Part shown: piece by piece, positions 44,068 to 53,318 of the stretch
Layout: every line of letters starts with the position of its first letter
Numbering within the stretch: the stretch's first letter is position 1
Assembly: GCA_020723925.1 (NCBI GenBank)
Contig: DYHX01000001.1
Location: 5,687 to 69,686, forward strand
Reading direction: 5' to 3'
Length of the DNA stretch: 64,000 nt
Source of the DNA: Nitrospira japonica
GTDB taxonomy: Bacteria; Nitrospirota; Thermodesulfovibrionia; Thermodesulfovibrionales; DYHX01
Translations under genes and position numbers: made by a program
Notes under the pieces: model-generated
Told to the model about the DNA's origin: nothing
Seen by the model: the letters and a program-made list of their open reading frames with translations, nothing else
Databases searched by the model: none

Positions 44068-44886
44068 ATGGACTATCTTGAATATTATGGCCTGAGAGAA
44101 CATCCATTCTCAAACGTAGTTGATAACAGGTTCTACTATAACAGCGCACAGCACTCAGAAGCCCTGATAAAGCTGAAATATGCAATAGATACAAAGAAGG
44201 GGCTTGCTGTTGTTATAGGAGACATAGGCACAGGGAAGACTACCCTTGCAAGAAGGCTTCTCGAAGAGCTCGATGAAGATATGTATGAGGCAGCCCTCCT
44301 TGTTGTAATCCATTCATCGGTGAGCTCTGAATGGCTTCTCAGAAAGCTTGCCATACAGCTCGGGGTGACAGATGTGAAGGAGGATAAGGTAGACCTCCTC
44401 GGCCAGATATACAGGAGGCTCTTTGAGATAAACGACCATGGCAAGACAGCAGTGATCCTTATCGACGAGATGCAGATGCTCAGGTCAAGGGAGATAATGG
44501 AGGAGTTCAGGGGATTGCTTAACATGGAACTACCAGATGGTAAGATGGTGAATTTCATATTCATCGGGCTTCCAGGGTTAGAGAGCGTGCTGTCGCTTGA
44601 CGAGCCATTGAAGCAGAGGGTTGCTGTTAAACTTAAACTCAAGGCATTCTCCGAGGAGAACACAAGGGACTATATAAATCACAGGTTGAGCGTTGCAGGC
44701 TGTTCCAGAGCTATCTTTACCGATGGGGCAGTGAGTTCTTTATACCAGCACTCAAATGGAATTCCGAGGTTGATAAATACCATATGTGACAATGCCCTCC
44801 TTGATGGATATTTATTCAAGGCCGAGACAATAGATGAATCAATTATAAAGGCTGTTGCTATTGATCTTGGACTTAATGGGGCTTGA
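44068..44886 (+). CDS. ExeA/MshM-like AAA ATPase
   Basis: Walker A GDIGTGKTTLARRL and Walker B VILIDEMQ. It begins 2 nt after the TPR gene. Confidence 0.75.
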   Translation: MDYLEYYGLREHPFSNVVDNRFYYNSAQHSEALIKLKYAIDTKKGLAVVIGDIGTGKTTLARRLLEELDEDMYEAALLVVIHSSVSSEWLLRKLAIQLGVTDVKEDKVDLLGQIYRRLFEINDHGKTAVILIDEMQMLRSREIMEEFRGLLNMELPDGKMVNFIFIGLPGLESVLSLDEPLKQRVAVKLKLKAFSEENTRDYINHRLSVAGCSRAIFTDGAVSSLYQHSNGIPRLINTICDNALLDGYLFKAETIDESIIKAVAIDLGLNGA

Positions 44887-45493
44887 AAGAGATGGTTTTA
44901 ATCTTCAGTGTTACTGCATACCTTGAGAGCTCTATCCTCATCTTTGAGGGATACCAGAACTCTCCACTATTTGCTGGTTCTTCATAAAAGACATTCAGTT
45001 CTCTGCCATTATCGAGCTCTATTGTCTGCTGCCTCGGCAGCATTGTCTTCTTGTCGATGAGAAGTTTTCTCGATGAGTTCCTGAGTTGGTACATACCATT
45101 TTTTTCTTCAATCTCATAGTTTTTTATGGTCCACCATAGGAAGCTGTTTGTCAGGCCGTCCACGAGGATTGCGCTCTTGTTTGTATCAAGCCTGGGATTG
45201 CTTTTTATAACGCCGTTTTCTGCTGTGACCTCGGCTGCAAGGAATCCAAGGGAATAGACCCTGAGGCTCAGAACCTCATCTGTAAGCTCGATCACAGCAT
45301 CGCCTGTCATTGTACTGTCATCCTTTTCAAATTCTATGGAGAATGTCGCCTCGACCGATTTGATACTGCTTCTGCCTGCGATTATTTCCCTTACATCGAC
45401 ACCCTCATAGGCGGGCATCTCAATCCTTTTTACAGTGCAGGAGAATAAGAAAAGGATTATGCTAAGAGAGAGCGGCTTCCAGAGCGTCTTCAA
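44873..45493 (-). CDS. Lipoprotein, hypothetical (LolB/DUF4292-like by size and lipobox only)
   Basis: Signal peptide with lipobox LFSC. The remainder is beta-rich. Confidence 0.45.
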   Translation of the reverse strand: MKTLWKPLSLSIILFLFSCTVKRIEMPAYEGVDVREIIAGRSSIKSVEATFSIEFEKDDSTMTGDAVIELTDEVLSLRVYSLGFLAAEVTAENGVIKSNPRLDTNKSAILVDGLTNSFLWWTIKNYEIEEKNGMYQLRNSSRKLLIDKKTMLPRQQTIELDNGRELNVFYEEPANSGEFWYPSKMRIELSRYAVTLKIKTISFKPH

Positions 45494-46811
45494 TATCTTT
45501 TACCCCTATTATTTCGAGCCCAAAGGAATTTTTTAATCTTTCGGCGTTTGTCTTCGACATTACTGCCCTTTTGAAACCTATCTTTGCTGCCTCTTTTATC
45601 CGTGCCTCTGCCTGGGCAACTGCCCTTATCTCGCCTGAAAGGCCGACCTCACCAAAGACAAAGGTTTTTGGGTCTATGGGGATTTCTCTCAGAGATGATG
45701 CTATCGTGGTTGTAATTCCGAGGTCGACTGCTGGCTCGACTATCTTGAGGCCACCAACAATATTTATAAATATATCCATGCCTCCGAGATGAAGTCCTGC
45801 CCTTTTCTCGAGTACAGCAATTAGGAGGTTCACCCTGTTGAAGTCAACACCGATGCTCGTCCTCCTCGGCATACCGAAGGTCGTTGGAGATACGAGTGCC
45901 TGAACCTCTACCATGAGTGGCCTTGTGCCTTCAAGGCTCGCAACAACTGTTGAGCCTGGAACATTCAAGGGTCTTTCTGATAAAAACAACTCTGAAGGGT
46001 TTTCTATCTCTGCGAGACCCGAATCTGTCATCTCGAATACGCCTATCTCATTTGTTGAGCCGAACCTGTTTTTTACTGTGCGTAGTATGCGGTATGAATG
46101 TCCCCTGTCTCCTTCGAAATAAAGCACTGTGTCAACAATATGCTCAAGAACGCGTGGACCTGCTATTGCGCCTTCTTTTGTGACATGACCAACAAGGAAT
46201 ACAGGGATTGCTGATTTTTTTGCGAAAAACATCAATTTCGCCGCACACTCTCTCACCTGGCCCACAGAGCCCGGCGCTGAGACAAGTTCCTGTGTATAGA
46301 CAGTCTGTATAGAGTCTATAACCATTGCCCATGGTTTCATGCTGGATGCTACATCAATAACGCTCTCAAGAGTGGTCTCTGACAGGAGGATTATCGAGTT
46401 AGAGTTTATCGAGAGCCTTTCAGCCCTGAGTTTTATCTGTTCAGGGGATTCCTCGCCTGAGACATACAGCACCTTTCCGTATTTCTCTGCCAGCCTCGAG
46501 ATAGCCTGAATCAGAAGTGTTGATTTCCCGATTCCCGGGTCACCCCCAACAAGGATGACAGAGCCTGAAACAACGCCGCCTCCAAGGACCCTATCGAGTT
46601 CTTTTATACCTGTGGATGTTCTCTTTTCATTTCCCCCTGTGATTGAACTTAAAGGCTGGGGTTCTGACTTTCCAAAGGACTTTAAAGCCTTTGCCTCCTG
46701 TCTTTCCTCAACGAGACTGTTCCATACACCGCAGTCAGGGCACTTACCAAGCCATTTTGGACTCGTATATCCACATGCCTGACATTGATAAAAGGTTTTT
46801 ATCTTAGACAT
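45462..46811 (-). CDS. radA: DNA repair protein RadA/Sms
   Basis: N-terminal CQACGYTSPKWLGKCPDC zinc finger, Walker A GDPGIGKST, KNRFG motif and a Lon-like C-domain. Confidence 0.95.
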   Translation of the reverse strand: MSKIKTFYQCQACGYTSPKWLGKCPDCGVWNSLVEERQEAKALKSFGKSEPQPLSSITGGNEKRTSTGIKELDRVLGGGVVSGSVILVGGDPGIGKSTLLIQAISRLAEKYGKVLYVSGEESPEQIKLRAERLSINSNSIILLSETTLESVIDVASSMKPWAMVIDSIQTVYTQELVSAPGSVGQVRECAAKLMFFAKKSAIPVFLVGHVTKEGAIAGPRVLEHIVDTVLYFEGDRGHSYRILRTVKNRFGSTNEIGVFEMTDSGLAEIENPSELFLSERPLNVPGSTVVASLEGTRPLMVEVQALVSPTTFGMPRRTSIGVDFNRVNLLIAVLEKRAGLHLGGMDIFINIVGGLKIVEPAVDLGITTTIASSLREIPIDPKTFVFGEVGLSGEIRAVAQAEARIKEAAKIGFKRAVMSKTNAERLKNSFGLEIIGVKDIEDALEAALS

Positions 46812-46820
46812 CTTTTTAGT

Positions 46821-46970
46821 GAAGCTCTCCGAGCAAGCTCGGAGCTTCCATGTAAGGAAAATTTTTTATTTAGATAGCTGACTTTCATCCCCGACTAAAA
46901 GTCGGGGCTTTCAGTCAGCATCCATGTAACGAGTATTGTAGGGACGAGGCGACGCCTCGCCCATACAAGC
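46821..46970. repeat. Repeat cluster: module A copy, module C copy and a single GTAG-headed palindrome
   Basis: 46821-46861 matches 12923-12962, and 46876-46930 matches 13124-13180. 46939-46965 reads GTAGggacgaggcgacgcctcgccc. Confidence 0.8.
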
Positions 46971-46976
46971 TGTCTT

Positions 46977-47741
46977 TTATATGTTTAATATCCCCATCCC
47001 CTTCCCAATATGGCATGCCCTCTTAATGGCATCATTCACGAATTCCTTTGCCTTTCTTGTTGATTCAAGGGGCGTATGTCCGAGGGCAAGTAAGGCTGCA
47101 ATAGCAGCAGAAAAAACACATCCTGTTCCGTGATATTCACCATCAATCCTTTCGCCTTCTATCCTGTGGAAGTCCATGCCATCATAATAAAGATCTAACG
47201 TGAGCTTTTCGAGATGCCCGCCAGTGATAATCACTACCTCTGGCCCCATGTCCTTCAGGCTTTTTGCAGCCTTCTCCATATCTTTTTCGTCTTCGATATT
47301 GATACCAGTAAAGACTGATGCCTCATAGATATTTGGAGTGATCACCCTTGATAAATGAAAAAGATTTTCTCTTATGGAATCCAGGGTCCCGTTGTCGACG
47401 AGATTTGTTCCAGTCGATGACACGGTTACGGGGTCAACAACGAGATTATTCAGGGAATATTTTTTAAACATCTCCGAGACGACCTCAACTGCCCATCTGC
47501 TGTAGAGCATCCCTGTCTTAAGTGCATCTGGCGTTATATCTTTTAAAAGAACATTAAGCTGTTTCTCAAGAAAGTCCCTATCAACAGGCATAATGAAATC
47601 AACGCCTTCAGTATTCTGTGCAGTTAAAGCTGCTACAACAGAAAGCCCGTGCACACCAAATGTTCGAAAAACCGTGATGTCTGCCTGGAGCCCAGCACCT
47701 CCTGTAGGATCAGAGCCTGCTATGGTTAAAGCGGTTTTCAT
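46977..47741 (-). CDS. thiD: Hydroxymethylpyrimidine/phosphomethylpyrimidine kinase
   Basis: LTIAGSDPTGGAGLQADI... and C-terminal GTGC motifs. Confidence 0.9.
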   Translation of the reverse strand: MKTALTIAGSDPTGGAGLQADITVFRTFGVHGLSVVAALTAQNTEGVDFIMPVDRDFLEKQLNVLLKDITPDALKTGMLYSRWAVEVVSEMFKKYSLNNLVVDPVTVSSTGTNLVDNGTLDSIRENLFHLSRVITPNIYEASVFTGINIEDEKDMEKAAKSLKDMGPEVVIITGGHLEKLTLDLYYDGMDFHRIEGERIDGEYHGTGCVFSAAIAALLALGHTPLESTRKAKEFVNDAIKRACHIGKGMGILNI

Positions 47742-47875
47742 CTAAGGCATTATACATTTACTGAAAAGGGATTGACAAGGGGAGGGTGGTCTGATAGCAT
47801 TTTTCTTGATTATGACAGAAGTAAATATCAGCAAAGATCTATCCGGGAGGATAGTGGTTGCCTCTCCCTATGACC

Positions 47876-47925
47876 CTCTCCGTAGGGAAAACGGTTCTCT
47901 CCGTAGGGAAAACGGTTCTATTTTC
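47876..47925. repeat. Tandem 21-mer (CTCTCCGTAGGGAAAACGGTT x2) ending in the left arm of the inverted repeat that brackets the RAYT gene
   Basis: The units are 47876-47896 and 47897-47917. ACGGTTCTATTTTC (47912-47925) is the exact reverse complement of 48652-48665. Confidence 0.85.
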
Positions 47926-48616
47926 GTTCATCTTCATCCTTCTTCGGCCTCCCCTTTAACCTTATTACTGCCTCAACTTTATATTCTTTAGTTACTTTAT
48001 CTATAAAGTCTTCACTGCCATATATCACCCTTCTATTCATCTCGCCCTTCATCATATTCTTCTCTTTAACCATCCCTTTTATAAATTCCCTGTATTTCTT
48101 CCTCCGTTCTATTTCGTCTTTTGATAGCTCTTTATAGATTGGATGTTCATCTACAATAGAATCCTTCTTCCCATAAGCATATGCATTATAACTGCTCCAT
48201 CTGTAATCTTTGGGGTCTCCAACTATCTTCGCCCTCACAGCGTTTAACTCAACATAGCTCCCACAGACAAGTAGGTAATCATCCTTCGATATTATGATAC
48301 TCTTATATCTGTCCTGCCAAAAATGTCCTATATGTTTATATCTGCCTTTGTAATATTGTGCATAGGATAGGTTTATCCCTTTCATTAACTCTGCCAGACT
48401 ACCACCTCTTTCGGTTGTCTCAATAACAAGATGAATATGATTCCTCATTAATACATAGTGATAGAGCTTAAACTCATATCTCTCTTTGTATCTCTGAAGT
48501 ATCTCGATATATCTCTTATAATCCTTTTCATCCCTGAAAACATCCTGACGATTATTCCCTCTCGTTAATATGTGATACACATATTCCTTTGGTGCTATCC
48601 TTGCTGCCCTCGGCAT
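47918..48616 (-). CDS. REP-associated tyrosine transposase (RAYT; IS200/IS605-type Y1/HUH transposase homologue)
   Basis: YHILTRGNNRQDVF, HUH motif NHIHLVIE, and a Tyr motif GSYVELNAVRAKIV (the YxxLNPVRA-like pattern typical of RAYTs). It is a single gene with no tnpB and is flanked by 14-bp inverted repeats. Confidence 0.8.
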   Translation of the reverse strand: MPRAARIAPKEYVYHILTRGNNRQDVFRDEKDYKRYIEILQRYKERYEFKLYHYVLMRNHIHLVIETTERGGSLAELMKGINLSYAQYYKGRYKHIGHFWQDRYKSIIISKDDYLLVCGSYVELNAVRAKIVGDPKDYRWSSYNAYAYGKKDSIVDEHPIYKELSKDEIERRKKYREFIKGMVKEKNMMKGEMNRRVIYGSEDFIDKVTKEYKVEAVIRLKGRPKKDEDERK

Positions 48617-49019
48617 GTTTAAAATCTATCATACTTCATCCCCATTGTCAAGAAAATAGAACCGTCCCATTTTTCACATTTTTCTTCATTTCATCATTCT
48701 GGCACAAACGGCTAACACCCAAACCTCAAGGCTTCGTTTGTGCTGGGACCGTTATACGGACATCGCTTCGCTCGCCCGTTCTCTACAAATCCATCTAAAG
48801 ACTCTTCACAGCAGAAAACCTTGCCATTCAGTATCTCGTTAAGCTGTCTGATTGTAATCGAATCAAGCAAGATGTCTTTATGCAGTGAAGCAAAGATAGG
48901 AAAAGGGCTGGCCTAAGGGCAGCCCTTTAAAGGAAGTTACCTCCTTCCAGACACTCTAAATCCTTAAATATAGCAAGCTATTTCGGCTAAATTAATTTTG
49001 GTTGAGATAAAAAGCAGAT

Positions 49020-49583
49020 ATGGGTAATATATTTAATCATCAACTTAAGAAGGAGGAATCCATGGTTATCGGAAAACCACTTTTCACGGTTGAGCAAATC
49101 CAGAATAGAGTTAGAGAGCTTGCTGACAGAATATCTGAAGATTATGAGGGCAAAAACCTGCTTGCTGTTGGAATACTGAAAGGCGCGTTTATGTTTTATT
49201 CTGACCTTGTAAGGGCGATAAGGATTCCTCTTACGGTTGACTTTATAATAGCTTCAAGTTATATGAAGACTGAAACAACAGGAGAAGTAAAGGTTTACTA
49301 TGACATCAGGGAGGATATAACAGACAAGGATGTCCTTCTTATCGAGGATATTGTTGACTCCGGGATAACCCTCAATCACATAAGAGAAAGGATACTTGCA
49401 AGGCGTCCCAGAAGTTTAAAGATATGCGCATTCCTTGACAAAAAAGAAAGAAGGGTTGTGGACGTCCCAGTGGACTATACAGGTTTTGAGATACCGAATG
49501 TGTTTGTAGTTGGTTATGGACTTGATTATGACAACAGGTTTAGGAACCTTCCATATATATCGATATTTAAGAAGACTGCGTAA
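49020..49583 (+). CDS. hpt: Hypoxanthine phosphoribosyltransferase
   Basis: PRPP motif VLLIEDIVDSGITL. The likely start is MVIGKP at 49062, after the aggagg RBS. Confidence 0.9.
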   Translation: MGNIFNHQLKKEESMVIGKPLFTVEQIQNRVRELADRISEDYEGKNLLAVGILKGAFMFYSDLVRAIRIPLTVDFIIASSYMKTETTGEVKVYYDIREDITDKDVLLIEDIVDSGITLNHIRERILARRPRSLKICAFLDKKERRVVDVPVDYTGFEIPNVFVVGYGLDYDNRFRNLPYISIFKKTA

Positions 49584-49751
49584 ACTCAAATCTATGGTAA
49601 GCAACTGGCAGGGCAGGGTTCATAATTTCTGGATCATCTCCAATTTAGCTGATAGATTCAAAGACCCATTCTGTAGGGAATCCTTGAACCTTTTTTTAAG
49701 CAACTATTTTGGAGAAGAACCATTTTTAATTTATTTTTAGGAGGCGGCCAT

Positions 49752-50123
49752 ATGTTCGAGCTTATGATAGAAACAACTTTTTCTGCTGCCCATCAGCTCA
49801 GGGGTTATATGGGGAAGTGTGAGCATCTCCATGGTCACAACTGGAAAGTTCAGGTGCATGTCACGGCCGAAAGGCTTAATGAAATAGATATAGCGATAGA
49901 TTTCCACGAACTCAAGCGAGTGACCAATGAAGTCGTCGCTCCACTGGATCACAGTTTCCTTAACGAGATTTTTCCATTTACAGAAAAAAATGCGTCGTCC
50001 GAAAATATCGCAAAATGGATATATGATTCTCTTAAAAAAAGGGTGAATAACGAGTATATTCAACTCTCTGCTGTTACGGTCTGGGAATCAGATATGGCAT
50101 CTGCAACATACTATGAAGATTGA
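49752..50123 (+). CDS. queD: 6-carboxy-5,6,7,8-tetrahydropterin synthase
   Basis: FSAAHQL...CEHLHGHNWKVQV zinc/catalytic motifs. 123 aa. Confidence 0.9.
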   Translation: MFELMIETTFSAAHQLRGYMGKCEHLHGHNWKVQVHVTAERLNEIDIAIDFHELKRVTNEVVAPLDHSFLNEIFPFTEKNASSENIAKWIYDSLKKRVNNEYIQLSAVTVWESDMASATYYED

Positions 50124-51453
50124 TAGAGAATTTGCTGGTAGGCTTCTTGAGCTTGCCATTAAAAAAGGTGCTGACCTTGCCGAGGTCTATGTGAAGTCGT
50201 ATAGGAGTCTTCTAATTGAGGTTAAAGACCAGACCGTAGAGGCGATGGAGTCGTCTATCAGTTTTGGGTATTCCGTCCGTGTAATAAGAGACAGCAGGCT
50301 TGGATTTTCATATTCGACAGATCCAGAAGAGCTTGCTGTTGTCGTAGATAATGCCCTTCAGGCATCGAGATGGACAGAGAGAGACACTTATCTTGAACTG
50401 CCAGAGCCGTCAGAAGCCAAAACAGTTGAAATATACGACAGCGAGATAGATTCCATAGGAGAAGAAGATGCAAGAGAGAAGGCGCTTCTTATCGAGAGGT
50501 CAGCTTTGAGAGAAGACAGCAGGATTAAGAAGATAAGGAAGGCTTCAGGATCTTTTTCAAGGGGAGAAATCCTTATATTGAATTCAGAGGGTGTGGATGA
50601 AAACTATTCTTCGACAACCTCTATTGCCCAGATTATGACAGTTGCAGAGGATGGCAGTGAGAGTCAGATGGGATGGGATTTTGAGGGGAGCAGGTTTCTG
50701 AAGGATGTCTCCTTCGAAAATGTTGGAAGAAATGCTGCAAGGCGAGCAATACAGTTGCTCGGAGCGAGGAAAATTAGTGCTATAAAGGCTCCCGTCATCC
50801 TTGATAATTCAGTAACATCTGATTTCCTTGGGATATTTGTATCTTCACTTTCATCCGAGTCTGTTCAGAAGGGAAAATCCCTTCTTGCAGGTAAAATTGG
50901 CCAGGAGGTAATAAGTTCAAGGATAAATATTATTGATGATGGTCTTCTCCCTCGAAAACTCGGCAGCAGACCTATCGATGATGAGGGAGTTGCAACAAGA
51001 GAAAAAATATTGATAAAAGAAGGTGTGCTTCTGGGTTATCTCTATAACATATACACTGCGAAGAAGGATGGAGTTGCCTCAACAGGGAATGCTGTAAGGA
51101 GAGGGTTCTCAGATGTCCCATTGGTTGGGGCGTTAAACCTTTATATAGATGCTGCTTCAAGGTCAGATGTTATGGGCATGAAGGAGATGGTCAGTGCTGC
51201 AGATAAAGGGCTTTTTGTAACGGAGGCAATGGGGGTCCATACAGCGAATCCCATATCAGGAGAATTCTCTGTTGGTGTCTCTGGACTATGGATAGAGAAC
51301 GGCGAGATAAAATTTCCTGTGAAGGAGGCAGTAATCTCGGGGAATATACTCGATTTCTTTGGAAAGGTGGAGGCGGTTGGAGATGACCTCAGGTTTTATG
51401 GAAACATTGGTGCTCCAAGCCTGCTGATAGGACCAACAGATATCAGTGCATAA
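50113..51453 (+). CDS. TldD/PmbA-family metalloprotease
   Basis: Size and conserved C-terminal blocks (GNAVRRGF; GMGVHTANPISGEFSVGVSGLWIENGE). Confidence 0.85.
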   Translation: MKIDREFAGRLLELAIKKGADLAEVYVKSYRSLLIEVKDQTVEAMESSISFGYSVRVIRDSRLGFSYSTDPEELAVVVDNALQASRWTERDTYLELPEPSEAKTVEIYDSEIDSIGEEDAREKALLIERSALREDSRIKKIRKASGSFSRGEILILNSEGVDENYSSTTSIAQIMTVAEDGSESQMGWDFEGSRFLKDVSFENVGRNAARRAIQLLGARKISAIKAPVILDNSVTSDFLGIFVSSLSSESVQKGKSLLAGKIGQEVISSRINIIDDGLLPRKLGSRPIDDEGVATREKILIKEGVLLGYLYNIYTAKKDGVASTGNAVRRGFSDVPLVGALNLYIDAASRSDVMGMKEMVSAADKGLFVTEAMGVHTANPISGEFSVGVSGLWIENGEIKFPVKEAVISGNILDFFGKVEAVGDDLRFYGNIGAPSLLIGPTDISA

Positions 51454-51554
51454 CCAAAGTCAATAGTCACTGGGCAACCTAAAACAGATACCATAAGTTA
51501 ATGCGTTTGTATTACATTTCGTAGTTTTATTTCTGTTTTTGGAGGGACAATAAG

Positions 51555-53318
51555 ATGTTCGGCTACACCTCAAAGAGTATACGAATAGACCTATCACGGC
51601 AGGAGGTGTCGATATTTGATACTCCCGAAGACCTCTGTGAAAAATTTTTAGGGGGAAGAGGGGTCGGTGTTGCCATGATGGGAAAAAGAGCAGCCTACGA
51701 ATACGACTCGCCAGACATGCCACTCATATTTGCCACAGGTCCTCTGGTTGGTACCTCTGCGCCCACATCCGGAAGAATATCTGTAGTCTCCATGTCACCG
51801 CTAACAGGGACAGTGTTTGATTGTTCCGTTGGTGGAAAATTCGGCACAGAGCTAAAGAGGGCTGGTTTTGACCTCATAGAGATTATAGGTATATCAGATG
51901 ACTGGGTTATATTGAAGATAGAAGATGGAAGAGTGTCCATAGAGAAGGCAAAGGAGCTTCAGGGGAAGAATGTCTCTGAGACAAGAAAGGCGATGGGAAA
52001 AGGCGGCTCTGATGCAGTTATTGGTACATCTGGCGAGAGGGGAGTTAGATTTGCTTCTATTGTTTTTGATGGTCATTACATGGCTGGACGAGGTGGCATT
52101 GGTACTGTAATGGGGGCAAAGAGGCTGAAGGCCATAAAGGTCAAGGGAACTGGAAAGGTTAATGTCTATGATCCAGAGGGCATTGATAAGTACAGGGAAG
52201 AGATAATGAGGCTCCTCAGGGCATCGCAGGCGGTCTTTGGTGAGTTAGGATTATCCGAATTAGGCACAGCAGCGCTTGTTGATTTAATCCATTCAAGGAG
52301 GATGGAGCCGACAGAGAACTTCAGAAAAACCTACTTCCCTGATGCCTCTCAATACTCAGGATATAACATGAAGGTGCGATACAGGGCAAAGAAGGCAGGT
52401 TGCTCTGGCTGCCCTATATTATGCAAAAAGGTTGGAGCCAATGGCGAGGTCATACCGGAGTTTGAGAGTGTCTCTCATCTCGGGGCATTGAATGGCAATA
52501 ACAATGTTGAATCCATTATAGAGGCAAACAGGCTGTGTAATGAATATGGTCTGGATACAATATCCGCTGCATCGACTATTGCATGCTACTCAGAGATAGA
52601 GGGCATAAAGCTCACGCCAGAAGACCTTCTTTCGCTCCTCAGAAAAATTGCAGAAAGAGACAGTGGTATTGGCTATGCCTTATCTGAGGGCTCCATGCGC
52701 TATGCAATGTCACGTGGAAAACCAGAACTCAGCATGTCTGTAAAAGGGCTTGAACTGCCTGCTTATGACCCAAGGGGTGCATATGGTATGGCTCTTGCCT
52801 ATGCAACATCCAACAGGGGCGGATGTCACCTCAGGGCTTATCCCATAAGCCATGAGATACTTCGAAAGCCTGTTGTCTCAGACAGGTTCTCATTTGAGGG
52901 CAAGGCGAGGATAATAAAGATTGCAGAGGACATGAATGCGGTAGTAGATTCATTAACAGCCTGCAAGTTCGTCTTTTTCGCTGCAACCCTTGAGGAATAT
53001 GCAAAGGCTGTCTCTGCTGTTACAGGGATGACTTATGATGTCCAGTCACTACTCAGAATAGGGGAGAGGATATGGATTTTAGAGAGATTTTTGAATTCAT
53101 TAAACGGTTTTAACGAATCCCACGATGACCTGCCCATGAGGTTCTTCGAAGAAGGCGGCACATCAGGAGGCAATGTTACCATTCCTCCAATAGACAGAGG
53201 AGAATTCTTGAGGGCACGCTACAATTATTACCGTGTCAGGGGATACGATGACAATGGAAAGCCGAAGGATTCGATCTTAAAGGAATTGGAGCTCGACAGG
53301 TATCTATGGAGAAACTGA
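51555..53318 (+). CDS. aor: Aldehyde:ferredoxin oxidoreductase family (tungstopterin) enzyme
   Basis: N-terminus FGYTSKSIRIDLS...FLGGRGVGV and the Cys motif region CSGCPILCKK. Confidence 0.9.
   Translation: MFGYTSKSIRIDLSRQEVSIFDTPEDLCEKFLGGRGVGVAMMGKRAAYEYDSPDMPLIFATGPLVGTSAPTSGRISVVSMSPLTGTVFDCSVGGKFGTELKRAGFDLIEIIGISDDWVILKIEDGRVSIEKAKELQGKNVSETRKAMGKGGSDAVIGTSGERGVRFASIVFDGHYMAGRGGIGTVMGAKRLKAIKVKGTGKVNVYDPEGIDKYREEIMRLLRASQAVFGELGLSELGTAALVDLIHSRRMEPTENFRKTYFPDASQYSGYNMKVRYRAKKAGCSGCPILCKKVGANGEVIPEFESVSHLGALNGNNNVESIIEANRLCNEYGLDTISAASTIACYSEIEGIKLTPEDLLSLLRKIAERDSGIGYALSEGSMRYAMSRGKPELSMSVKGLELPAYDPRGAYGMALAYATSNRGGCHLRAYPISHEILRKPVVSDRFSFEGKARIIKIAEDMNAVVDSLTACKFVFFAATLEEYAKAVSAVTGMTYDVQSLLRIGERIWILERFLNSLNGFNESHDDLPMRFFEEGGTSGGNVTIPPIDRGEFLRARYNYYRVRGYDDNGKPKDSILKELELDRYLWRN

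Noticed and set aside
47806-47991. 61-aa ORF containing RRENGSLRRENGS
   Set aside because: The peptide repeat is simply the translated tandem 21-mer flanking the RAYT gene, and the ORF overlaps the RAYT 3' end on the opposite strand.
48790-48930. Minus-strand gene remnant (…DILLDSITIRQLNEILNGKVFCCEESL*) and an orphan terminator-like hairpin (aaagggctg…cagccctttt on the minus strand) in the 400-nt gap between the RAYT gene and hpt
   Set aside because: There is no start codon, no recognisable domain and no supported promoter. It could be a decayed gene fragment or a small RNA, but the evidence is too thin to call.
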